DNA of 38,716 nucleotides from Basidiobolus ranarum (Eukaryota): NCBI GenBank assembly GCA_040143965.1, contig JASJQH010006921.1, positions 1 to 38,716 of the forward strand, read 5' to 3'. Shown piece by piece: positions 22,768 to 34,742 of this stretch (position 1 is its first letter; each line of letters starts with the position of its first letter). The notes under the pieces were generated by a model. It saw only the letters and a program-made list of their open reading frames with translations, ran no database searches and was not told where the DNA came from. The position numbers and the translations under genes were made by a program.

Positions 22768-23936
22768 TTAATCATACAATAGCTGCTGTGTTTGTGTTCC
22801 ATAAAGATGTTCCCAACTAACGGGTGGTGTCCATTGGGCGCCTACAAATAAATCCATTCATAACATAAGTTACCAGTGCTGTAGATTTTACTACATCTAT
22901 GTATATTTACCTTCCGCAGGTAGAAGTTGGAAAACCGAATTGAGGAAATTAGCGAGTAGGATTCCATCAGGTATATTGTCTAATCAATAGAGATGTCAGA
23001 TATTGGTCAACAATTGGATAGAATAAGAATTGATGTTACCTCCTTCAGTAGAGAATACAAGAACAACCATGAGGGAGATATTGTTAGCCTCACATTCAGA
23101 GAGGAAATATTTGGTCATTCCTCCACCAGGGATATACGTTGTAGTATCATCATCGTGTATCACCTCTCCATGGCGATTGACGTGAGTACGTTCAAACTCA
23201 CTGATGCCCAGGGCACCGATGCGTTGAATAGTATCACTAGAGAAAGAGGGAGTGGCCAAATACCGGAGGGGTGGGCTATATAAATGTTCGTATTTGACAA
23301 CGGTTAATAAATATTCGACGCAATCTGGGAGTAATGTTTTTACCCTTGAAGTTGAATTTCAGTTCTACCAAAAGAATCAAAACCAGATAGTAATATCACT
23401 TGCTTAAACTGAGCAACCTTAATAAACTCTACTAAGTTTCGAGCAAACTGATGCCATTTTTTCTATAATGAGTAATAAGCGAATTAGTCTCCCAATTTAG
23501 CTATATAATATTGAACACTAGGATATACCTTGAAAGCGGGTGCTCGTTGTTGTATCAGAGTCCACTTTTGGTCCTTGGTTTGAAATACTGTACAAGGAAT
23601 ATAAGGTTCAATCAAGGTCTCAGCAAAGTTGAAGATAAACATGCAAATTTTACCTTCCAATGAAACAGTTATGCCAGTTTGTCCAAAAGCGTTGCTTCCT
23701 GCGATTTGATGGACACAAACATCATCAAGAAAGCCGACTTTCTCCAAGCTAAGAGTTGAAATAAGTAGATCAAGTGTTAATTGCGGTACGTTTCCAATAG
23801 AAACAGAAGGCTATCAATTCAATGCAAAGGTAAGTTTGAGAAGTCGGAGATACGTGATTGAGAAGTATACCAAAAGTAAAGTGCTATCGCGTAGCTGGGA
23901 GATGTCGAATTTGCTTATGGGTTGAAAGGTATTCAT
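22768..23936 (-). CDS. PSMG2: Proteasome assembly chaperone 2 (PAC2/PSMG2)
   Basis: LLL|PSVSIGNVPQLTLDLLIS, LIQQRAP, IPGGGMTK, FSTEG|DNIPDG and WTPPVSWEHLYG. Confidence 0.9.
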
Positions 23937-24422
23937 ATTGGTCTACTGAAAGCTTCCTTACTGTGGCCGAGTTCAAGTAACTTTATGTTTTATATTACGT
24001 CACAAAAATAAAATTGATTTTATTTTGAAAGAATGGCTCCAACTATAGTTGTAATCAAGTCTTGATTAAACCATGTTAGAGATTAAATCTGAGCATTTAC
24101 ACTTAGTGAACTTCTTATTTTGATCATTGTAAGAACCATTAGAGTGTGAGAGTCTGTCTTTGGATCTCTCTTTTATTCTGCAACCAACGAGAATTTTATT
24201 TCTCTCGAAAACGAGTGAAGTTTCTTTGAGTTTATTAGTAACGTGTTACTCCAGAAAGACGTAACTTATTTCCAGTATATAGCTAATTTGCCATTGAAGT
24301 GAGAGCAGTATCGAACGATAGAAGTTTCGTTAGTAGTCGCATAAAAAATCCCAACCAAAAGAATATAGTAAGTGTTATTGAGTACCTCAATAGATGTTGT
24401 CGGGATTTCAATGTTTGTAAAC

Positions 24423-24641
24423 AGAAGAGATGTACCCGATTAGACGAACAGCTAGAACGTTAGGAGACGTTATTCAGGCTGCAGATAACACGGATATTAG
24501 AATCTGCAACTTGGAAGTAAAATAGCACGATCATCATAATTCCTCATGGAGGTTATTATCGGCCGATGCCAACAAGTTGATAAGAACGTTGATTCTAGAT
24601 GTTGGCATGGGTGTTTATATAATGTGGAGCTCTTATGGGAT
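24423..24641 (-). repeat. Dispersed repeat, copy 2 (more diverged)
   Basis: Aligns with copies 1 and 3 across TACCCGATTAGACGAACAG...GCAGATAACACGGATATTAGAATCTGCAAC...GGCCGATGCCAACAAGTTG...TGTTTATATA...ATGGGA. Confidence 0.88.
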
Positions 24642-24880
24642 ATCGTAGCGGTTATTGGCGAGAGTATTAATTCAGAAAGATGTAAGCGATATAACTAACT
24701 TGCCCTTTAAACAGGTGTTTTGAACCGTTTGTTGAGTAAATTGCTAATGCCAGAGTTACATGTACATATCAACTACGACAGCATGATAGATCGTGTACAT
24801 GGTTTTAAAGGAACTTACGAAATCAATCTAATTTAATAGTAGTTTTGATAAAGTGTAGTAGGTTATTATAGCTCTAACAC

Positions 24881-25140
24881 TGATAAAGTAGCTTCAATAT
24901 AAAGATTTGTGTGTAGCTTAATGTAGAAATATATCCGATTAGACGAACAGCCTGAACGTTAGGAGACGATACTCAGGCCGCAGATAACACGGATATTAGA
25001 ATCTGCAACTCGGAAGCAAGATAGCGCGATCATGATAATTCCTCATAGAGGGTATTTTCGGCCGATGCCAACAAGTTGGTAAGAACATTGAATCCAGATG
25101 TTGCTATCATTGTTTATATAGTGTAATATTGCTATGGGAT
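24881..25140 (-). repeat. Dispersed repeat, copy 3
   Basis: Direct repeat of copy 2 at about 499-nt spacing and inverted near-identical match to copy 1. Abuts TAACCCTAA at 25140-25148. Confidence 0.9.
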
Positions 25141-25270
25141 AACCCTAATTTTGTAAAAGATACTGAATTTTATTCCTTTAAATCACCTTTACATATCCAC
25201 AGGATCTTAATTGTTGTGATTAACTAGGGGATAGTCCTTGGCTGTATTCTTTCAGTTTTCTATACTCACG

Positions 25271-26876
25271 ATGTTCTCAATCAGAAAACAATACCAATTC
25301 AAGTGGTCGCATATAGTTGTATTCCTTGTCATTTTTACTATCGCCTTTATTGGCATCGCCACACAACTATGTGGAATTATTCGCTATTTTGATGCACCAC
25401 TTATTCATTTAATCGCATTTAATGCTCTAGTACTACTGCTATGTGTTAATTACTATTTAGCAGTTACAACTGATCCAGGAAAAGTTCCTTGGGAATGGAC
25501 ACCACAATTAGAAGGTGAAGTGACAGTGATTGAGGTAAAGAAGAGTAATGTCGAATCTCCAAGATTCTGTCGTACCTGTAGTGTATATAAACCTCCCCGT
25601 GCCCACCATTGTAGTGCTTGCAATCGGTTAGTTTTTATTCCTTGTAAAAACATGGTCAAAGTAGCCCCTATCATAACCGTTTGATTTTTATTGTAGCTGC
25701 GTTTTAAAAATGGACCATCATTGTTAGTAAGTTTTATGTTTATACGTGAGTAGCCCATTTTCTGACATATACGACCCTCAGGTCCCTGGTTGAATAACTG
25801 TGTTGGACACTGTAATTATCCGCATTTTATACGGTTCTTGTTTTTTGTCAATCTCGCCACCGGATACTCGTTCTATATATTATCAGCGAGAGGATATCAA
25901 ATTTATGATGATTCTATTCATAATAGAGTATGTGAGGATTTTGTTGAGATTTTTTTAGAAGTCACTTTCTTACAACACTTTTTTAAAATGATCAGCTCTG
26001 GGGGACGAGAGCACCTAGCAATGTTGAGCTTGGGACTCTCTTTACGGTCTTCCTATTGAACTTGGTTGTATTCTTTTGTGTTTTGGGTTTGAGTGTTTAC
26101 CAAATTTGGAGCTTGGCTTTAAATGTTACGACGATAGAATATCTAGAAAATGATAAGATACAAGAGATGGTCCAAAGGAATCAAATTTCACCGGTATTGA
26201 GCGACCCGTTATTTATATCTTAGAATATTCAGTCAGTATCTAATGCTTTTACGTTGGATATAAGGCTGTATTCCCATATGATCTTGGAGTGTGGGAGAAC
26301 TTTAGACAGGTTTTAGGTCGAAACGTACTACTTTGGGGTTGGCCGCAAAAAGCACCTGGAGATGGTTTGATGTATCCGGTAGCGAAGGGCCTTGGTAACC
26401 TATATATAATACTATTGTTTTGTAAGACGCTTACTAATGTCCAAACGTACAATTTATCTAAAGCCACCCCTGTTATCTGGCCTCCTCCAGAATACCTTAC
26501 TGCAAAGAAGCAACCTAGACCTAAATACGTTACCTCCAACATAACAACACATTCAGACTCCGAAGGGCCAACATTTGGCATCCCATGGCTTCAGATACCC
26601 ACTGGATTTTTAAATGGTGGCGAATCTTCGAAAGCATCTCAAACCAGACTCCTATCATCTGATTCAGAGTCAGAGTCTGAAGAGAACCTGATTCCGCTAG
26701 ATCATCTTGAGGATACTCTGGGTGAACACGATGAAGATTATGTATCAGGATTGAACTATCCAGCTCGACCTTCAGGACTCGTCCGGCGTACACCCAGTTC
26801 AAGATCCGGCGATGAATTCAATGACTCTGACGATGATGACCAACCCATTGGATCTTTATTATCTCGTAATCGTTGA
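25271..26876 (+). CDS. PFA4: DHHC palmitoyltransferase, Pfa4-like
   Basis: TDPG, RFCRTCSVYKPPRAHHCSACNR|CVLKMDHHC|PWLNNCVGHCNYPHFIRFL (intron 25723-25781 splits the catalytic Cys codon), NVTTIE, FPYDLGVWEN and WPPPE. Confidence 0.88.
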
Positions 26877-26982
26877 GGAAGTTTTTTTGTATTTTACGAA
26901 GCACATTACGAAGCACATAGATAAAGTTTAAGCTGTACAAATAATTCTTTCGAAATAGATTTATTGGTGGAGATATGATTCT

Positions 26983-28857
26983 CTATAGGTCTATTCTATT
27001 GTTCTCTAATATGCTGGTTTTCGTGGCGAACCCTTGATTCCATTTCAAGAGTTGATTGATATCTCGAATCCAGGTGTTCCCTTCTGAGGGATTGTTTACG
27101 CAGGGTACGGGATATTGAGATGTTCGAACCTAAACGATACAACCATTATTTACAACCCTTGGTGAGCTTTGTGAATGCTAAGCCTCTTACCTCTACATAC
27201 CCACCCTTGGGCAACACACATATAACTCGTCCATCGATAGAGACATCCGCACGACCACGGCTACTCGTTGAGAGCTAATAAAATAAAGTTAAGAGCAGCG
27301 AATTGGGCAATCTCTTTCAGCGTCTTGACTGACCTTCACTTTCAACGAGGTGTCTATGGGGAAAAGGACGGGTCTAAATGAAAGTGACCGAGGACAGATC
27401 GGGGTCAAAAGTAGTGTCTGGACAGCCGGATGAACAATGGATCCACCTATTAAGGATTAGCATGCATGTATTACCATTCACCCTAATCAATGTTGAAAAT
27501 GTACCCGCAGATAAAGAGTAAGCAGTGGATCCAGTGGGAGTAGCTATTAATAGACTAGATTGTGTGTGAGTTTACGAGCTGAGGATGGAGTGAAGAAGCT
27601 CGCACTCACCCATCTGACTGTTTGTTAAGTTGATAGGAGACAAAGACAATTAGTTACAGTGGCAACCAGAAAAGAGTGATTTTTTAATACCAATCCAGTG
27701 GTCAGATCGTGGCCATTGACCTGCACGTCTAACTTGGCAAGATGTGGAGAGCGGCCACGATGTACATTAATCTCGTTCATGGCAAGCATATCGCCTAGAA
27801 ATAGGCTGTTAATAAGTCATCGGATAGAAAGAAATCAACTGACTGACTAGTTTTGGTCCCCTTCCAGACTATTCGTTCACCATCGGCCTTGTGGATGGAG
27901 CACGTAAGTCGCATTCTATCTAATAAAGAGACATTCCCGTGAAGCATTTGCTCGAAAGCTTGTTCAAAGTCTTGTATATCTAAACATTGAGTTATGGCTA
28001 ACAAGGACAATCAAAATCGAAGTTAGCAGCTATTCTTCAAACCAAAGGATACGATGTCGGATTAAAAAGCCCAATGTTCCCATCGAAAACGAAAGTACCG
28101 GAGGAGCTGGGCCACAAAATAGCGTAGATACATGCATGATAGTCCCATCTCCACCCAGTGTGACTACAAAGTCCACTGTCCGTTCATACTCCTTCAAATC
28201 CCCTTAGTATTAAGCTAATTAGCGTGGATGATCCCTTGATGTACAGTTATATTAGATTACCATCGGGAACTACGTGTACGAATGGAAATTCCTTCTGTAA
28301 ACGACGAGCTACAGATGGCTCTAAGACAATATTGATTTCTGGATGGGTTTCGTGTATCCATCTTAAGATGTAGATAAAACCCTTTTCAACTTCAGTCTCC
28401 CAAATATAGTACAACTCGAATTGTTGAAGCTTACCTGACCATTTCGGATAGTTTTTGCTCTGTCTTTGGGTCGTTGGGTTTTTTCACAAGTAGTACAGTA
28501 CGAGGTGCATTGTTCCATATTAAATTACTGCAACCACTAAAGGTGTTTTCAAAGAGAAGATATATACTTTAGTGCTTACAAACAAGTTATATTGGAATTG
28601 AAGGCACGAACCCAGGAGTCGACAAGAAGATTGGCTTGGATTTGTTTCCTGAAATTAAATTCAATAAGTGAACTTGTCAACAAATCTAAGTCATAGTATA
28701 TACCTTTGGTGAAAGCTTGACGACGCGAAACAACCTTGGTGGGCAAAGTTACAGTAGAGTTGAGACTCGAGTGCAAATATCGTAATTTATTGAATAGCTG
28801 GGGGGTACATGACAGCTTTTTGACTGCCGAAAAGTTACTGAGAGTAAAAGGTAGCAT
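26983..28857 (-). CDS. POS5: NAD(H) kinase, mitochondrial Pos5-like (many exons)
   Basis: Presequence-like N-terminus, [87 protein letters not shown] and WIRDINQLLKWNQGF. Confidence 0.9.
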
Positions 28858-29101
28858 TTAGTTTAATAAGTAAAAACTCTTTGGTTGACACTTCTATGGT
28901 TTAGTTAGTTTTCGGATTCTTTCTTGTTACTTCGATTTTAATCCAATTTATTAGAACTAATTGGTCCTGAATAGCCCTAATCGATCAACTAACATTACTT
29001 GATTATGCAATTGACATAAATCATACTCTAACAATATTGGAAATTCCCTCACTTGTTATAATTGAAGACAGTTCTTAGCTGACAAAGTAAATCACTCTAA
29101 A

Positions 29102-29950
29102 ATGTCGTTTTTACCAAATGCTTCTTCAGCACTCTCTCTATTTCAACAATTAAGTCTAGATGATACCTCACGCCAGAAAAAGCAAGTCAATTCTAGCACA
29201 CTAGATTTCCTTATCATCGAGATGGTAGATTTAATGTTTCGTACCACCACCAATTCGGAGAATGACAAAGAATCAGTTTACTATAAACTTGAACAACTTG
29301 GCTATAGAGTTGGACAAGCGTTAGTAGAAAGGTCAGTAATTGGAATATTTCTTTCAGGAGGATGGAGTTTTTGAAAGTGATTTTTCTAAATAATATATTT
29401 CCTTTTTAATAATAGATTTACCAAGGAACGTCCACGGTTTGTAGATAATTTGGAGGTGGTAAAGTTCATTTGTAAAGATCTATGGACTGTAGTTTTTGGT
29501 AAACAGATTGATAATTTAAAGACCAACCATCGGGTAAAACTTCATAAGATATACTTCTTTGGCATAACCTCAACATTGAACCTTTTATTATTCCTTCTTA
29601 TCCATAGGGAGTGTATGTATTACAGGATAATCAATTTCGCTGGTTTATGCGAATGTCTACTGAAATTGGAGGTCCTGATGCCGCAAGAAAAGCCATACCT
29701 GTGAGATTTGCCTTATTTATGAGATACTACTCTCGTTAATTACAATTCTAATATCTCTCTTTAAGTTTGTTTGGTTTCCATGTGGATTGATTCGAGGTGC
29801 CTTAGCTAATTTGGGTGTTCCTAGTGTTGTCGTTGCTGAAACTTCTAGTTTACCTGTTTGTAAGTAAAGCATTTCATTTCATACTCCTTCATAGTATTCA
29901 TTCTAACACCCAATGCAGGTTCTTTCCAGATTAAAGTGGCTAAATCGTAA
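29102..29950 (+). CDS. TRS33: TRAPP complex subunit Trs33/TRAPPC6
   Basis: [66 protein letters not shown] and CSFQIK. Confidence 0.93.
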
Positions 29951-30400
29951 TTCATAACTTTTATATTTCCCATCGCATAAACCCCACCACCACTAAACAT
30001 CCATGCGATACTCAAACAAATTTTAATATACTATCTATATATTACTTATATTACTAAATCAGCAACACACTTCGTAGTTTGTACACGAGAGTTTCTTTTG
30101 TTTATTGAAGTACACATATCCACCTCAAAAAACCATGTTTATCAGCCAGAAAATGATATATGAATATTGTTTCGTACGATACGTGAATTCCCTGAGAAAG
30201 TGCTGTAACTGATTACAAAGCCTATATGAACATGATTGACCCGTTTGGTCCTTGTGCAAACTACTAAACAGTTTGCTTCCACAGTATCCGCATTCGCATT
30301 CGCCTTCGCATCCGCACCTTTACGTTTCAATTAGGGTGTAAAATACACTTAAACAACTAAATGAAAATATACAGCGCTATTAACCATGCAATAAATGATA

Positions 30401-33400
30401 TTAATGTTGCGCAGGTTCGACTATCTCTCCATCTTCACTTTCAACATGTGAATGTCCACTATGTGACTGGGGGGTCAAGGGTGGGAGTGGAGATTCTGCC
30501 TGGGATGACCCGGGTGAAGCGGCTGCTGGTGAGGTCGGTGTCATCAACTTCATAAACCGAACACGCTCTCTTTCCCGAGCTTCTCGGTCCTTGAACAGAT
30601 CGCGTTCAAATGCTGCCATCACCAGGGCTTGATGGGTGAGATCAATAGAATGTTTCTGTTACCCAAAACCAACATTAATATATAACCAGATATTCTATGA
30701 AATGGATCAGAATACATACAGCATCAGCCAGTCGTTGCGACCTAGCATATTCTCTCTTTATGCTACGCTCCTTTTCGACTACCCTGCGCCGTTCTTCCAT
30801 CTGAAGTCTCTCAGCTCTAACATTGGCAATAGATCGTTACAACTTGTTCGAATTGACCATCTGATGTGCAACTTACCTCATTCTTTTGGCCTCTTCTTCT
30901 CTCCTTTGTTGAGCAAGTCTCTTCTGTCGTTCAACTTCCTCCTGTTGATATTTTTCTTTAGCCAGAACCTCAGCTCGAATTTTGTCATGCTATCACCCAA
31001 TTAGTCAGTTAGAATGTGCGTGCAAGATATGCGAAGCATTGGTTATGTACCTGTTCCCGCTTTGCCTTCAGCTCTGAGTTGTACTTTGCCCATATGGGAT
31101 CAACAGCTTTGTCTTCACTCTCAGATTTGTTCGACTCGGCATCTTTCACCAAAGCTGCCCATCGATCTACATTTTGTATCTTTACCTGATTGATTGAATC
31201 GTTTAGCGAATTGATAAATAAAGTGGGGGTTTGATGACATCTTTGACTTACAGCGTTATCTGATTTGTGCCCATTAGTAACTTGCTTGCTTCGCTTGGGA
31301 ATTTGAATATCAAGACCTAGAGTGTCAATCGGAACAGCTTCGAAAGAGATTTTGTTTCCAGAGGGAACTGTTTGATCAGAATATTTGACTTTAAACGAAT
31401 GCATCTATTAGATTATGATTTGGGCTCTATGCGAAGTCGCTTTACTTACCATCCTTACTCCTAACACTTGACTCCAGAGGAGACCGAGGTCGGGCCAAGG
31501 AGCTGCGCTATTTTAATAGTAATGGTTATTATCGTTGGCTGGAGATAGGCCAATGATAGAATAAAAACCTTTCTGGGTGGAATAGGACTATGTTCAGAAT
31601 CTAAATCAACAAGAGTCAGTACCCACGCCAACATTGAAAGAGCAGAGTGAACCACATACCTGAGCCAGAAGAGCTGGAAGATGAATCCGACCCACTGCTA
31701 CTGCTGCTTGATGATGATTCATCGGGAATTAATCCTTAGTGGAAACAAGAGATGAGCATTTATTGAGAGTATGAAGTAGGTAGAATTAATCAGCTTACTT
31801 CTTTTACGCTTTCCACCAAGATGCTCATGCTTGGGGGCTTTGCTTAGGTGCTTACCCCGCTTGGGCTCGATATTACTTTTGACAAACTTGTACAACTTAT
31901 AAAGAGTACTTTTGTCTAGGGAATCGATATCTAGCTCAATTTCATCCTGGTCGCCCTATAAACAAGTGTCAACAATGGAGCATACATTTTCATCAGACAA
32001 AGAAAAGAGTCTCACCTCGTTGAGCTCTGGCATACTGCTTCGAATCAGATTAATGACAACATCGAGCTTATCACTGGAAAGCAGATTGATGTTATCACTA
32101 AGCTCTTGCTTTTGCTCAAAAGTCATCGCAGGAACATCGTCATCATCACTGGAATCATCAGAGACCACCTTTTTCCGGACACCCTTAGACGAGGTTGTGG
32201 TGGATTTAGAGTCACGCTGCGAACTAGACTTCATCCTTGAAGATTTTGGCTTCTTTTCCTTTTTCTTGTCTTTGGCGGCGTCCTTCATAGAAGCAAGCTG
32301 ACGAGTCATAAACTCGATATGACGTTGCATCTCTGCTATTTGTTCAGTTCGAGTGTCTTTGTCTACTTGAATTACAAGTGAAAAAAAACTGAGCAAAAGG
32401 GACGGGGGAGATACTCACACGCAACACAAATAGGTAAAAAATAATCACTAAACCAACCTTCATGAGAGGACTCTTCTGATTCAATTTTTTGAGGTTCAGG
32501 TGAGGGCTCTTTAGGAGAAGGAGGAGGCAATGGAGGCCTTTGGGCCCACATCGAGTCAAAAACCTTCTCTACACTTTTGCCCATATTGTACACAGGGTTA
32601 TTCACGGGGTTGTACGTATAACAATTTTCAAGCATCAAACGAATATCACCCTCAAAATCATTGATGTTGTGGTAAGCTCCGCTTTCTAGCTTCTTTTTAA
32701 TCGTTGAAATATCCATTGGTTGCTTGATGATATTTGGATAATCTGGAAGATTCATGGCTTCCCAATCAACGGGCTCCAGAAAAGGATACGCATAATTAGC
32801 GTGGCGTTTTTTGTGAAGTTCTTTGATAATAGATAGACAGAATTTGTATTGGATATCTGGAATAGATCGTTTGGCTTTTCTCTTTGATTGTGAAGAGGCA
32901 TTACTGCCCCGACGTGAATCTTGCGATACTGAAGTCTCCCGTTGAAGTTTGGGTTCTACGGAATCTCTTTTGGCTGCCTATACATATACCGACCAAAGTT
33001 AAAGATCGATCTCAATAAAGTGACATGTGAAGAACAGTATTAGCAAAATGATACCTTTGGTTTGGGTTTGATGGGTAGATCATCAAGGATGGGAGGGGAT
33101 AGTCGTTTGATTTGAGACTGATATAAATGAAGTTTGAATAAGGTTTGTGAATTGTGATTTATCTATATAACTTACGCCTTGAGGCATCTTCTTGAGTCGA
33201 TTATTAAATACTCGTTCAAGATTTTGAGCAAATGAGCCAACTATAGAGTCTTTACCGTTATAAAGATAGCAGTTGTCGAATATTAATCGCATATCAGCTA
33301 TAAATTGATCCACTATATCATATCTGCAATCGTTCAATTTCCTTTCCATCGTTTTCAGATCCATTGGATTTCGTATAATGTCTGGGTAATCGGGGACATT

Positions 33401-33502
33401 TAGTTTGACTGGATCGACTGGTTCTAAAAAATGACCTGCATCTGGGTGTCTTTTCAATGCTTTTAAAATTTCGCCACAGTATTTATGTTGTTCCCGTATC
33501 AT
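30401..33502 (-). CDS. BDF1: BET-family protein: two bromodomains, ET domain and BRD4/BRDT-like C-terminal extension
   Basis: BD1 FLEPVDPVKLNVPDYPDII..PMDL..NCYLYN. BD2 AYPFLEPVDW..PDY..PMDI..NCYTYN. ET domain MTFEQKQELSDNINLL...EIELDIDSL, then a Ser-rich SEED and a further C-terminal tail. The start codon (33502) is uncertain. Confidence 0.9.
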
Positions 33503-34160
33503 TCGGATTAGTGTGTGTGAGTGATGTATGAAGTGATGTGAGTTGGTAAAGGAAAAGAAGGAAATGAAGACAAAAAATCCTTTTGTTGAAAATGTTGATA
33601 ATTGTACGATCTCGACAATAGTTGAATTATCTGCTCCCACAATAAGTATTCGTAATCTGTGTGTGTATGGGGGGTGGAGATTGAATCAAAAAAATTCTGG
33701 TCATGTGGGTTTTTTTTTCTTTTGCGGTTCATTCTAGAATATACTCTCCTATTCGCCACCGAGTAGTGAAACTAATAACAAGTAACCCTAAATTAAATTA
33801 CCAATTTCACTAATAAATTTATCTGACATTGGTAGGCGTAACCTTGATCGCAAACAATTGATTTTTTTTTGCGAATGGAAATTATCGAAGTGTAGGTAGC
33901 TGTCATATGATGGTGAAATCATCCATAATATTCTGGCTAAACCATGGCTAAATTGGTACTCTCCGTGGTCACTGAAACCTCCTGAAACTGTAGCATATTA
34001 TTATTGATTTCTCTTTCTATTGGCCGTTCATTTCAACTTAATTCATTACAGTTGATCCACACTCCGTCACATCTATGCTACGGATTGTCAATTTAATATA
34101 TGCCATGTAAAAGAATTCTGTTGAGGAGCTGAGTGTTCCTTCCTGACTACTGTGTAATGG

Positions 34161-34247
34161 GTTGGTGCAAGAGATTCTCAGTTGGTGCAAGAGATTCTCA
34201 GTTAGTGCAAGAGATTCTCAGTTGGTGCAAGAGATTCTCAGTTGGTG
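34161..34247 (+). repeat. Minisatellite, 20-bp unit x 4.3
   Basis: GTTGGTGCAAGAGATTCTCA repeated head-to-tail; the third unit has G>A. Confidence 0.95.
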
Positions 34248-34742
34248 GTACGCATTAAGTGCTTCTCAGAACGGTCTATTCTTTATATTTGGAGATATAG
34301 TTAGTATTTAGCTTCGAATGGTGTTACTTCAGCAAGGGGGTCGAGGTGATTCAGTCTTTTGTTTGTAAATAATGTTAAATACCAAGGGAATGTCATGGTC
34401 TTTCGCAAAAGTAACAACAAAGGAAGCAACTACAGTATGTACGTATCTGACAAAGGAGGCTAACAGTACTACATATCTTGATGCCGCAATTTCTGTTACA
34501 TTTGGTTATTTAACCCAATCAATTTACTCGCTCTCAATGATTTTATTTCAGAGTGACTGCTTATATATCTAAATATGAAACATATTTTCTTATATTTGCA
34601 CAAACTACGGGCGGCTCTAGTTGATTAGTGGATGTGTGGATGTGTGTCCATAGTAAGCATTGCACCAGAGCAAACCAAATTCTTTTAAGCTAATTGCGGT
34701 TAGGAGATAGCAATATTGTGATATATACAGGGTATGTTCGAT

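Noticed and set aside
33870-34150. Possible exon fragments on the minus strand
   Set aside because: No consistent frame across the putative intron and no recognisable product.
34161-34247. CRISPR-like array
   Set aside because: Units are head-to-tail with no unique spacers, there are no cas genes, and the context is eukaryotic.
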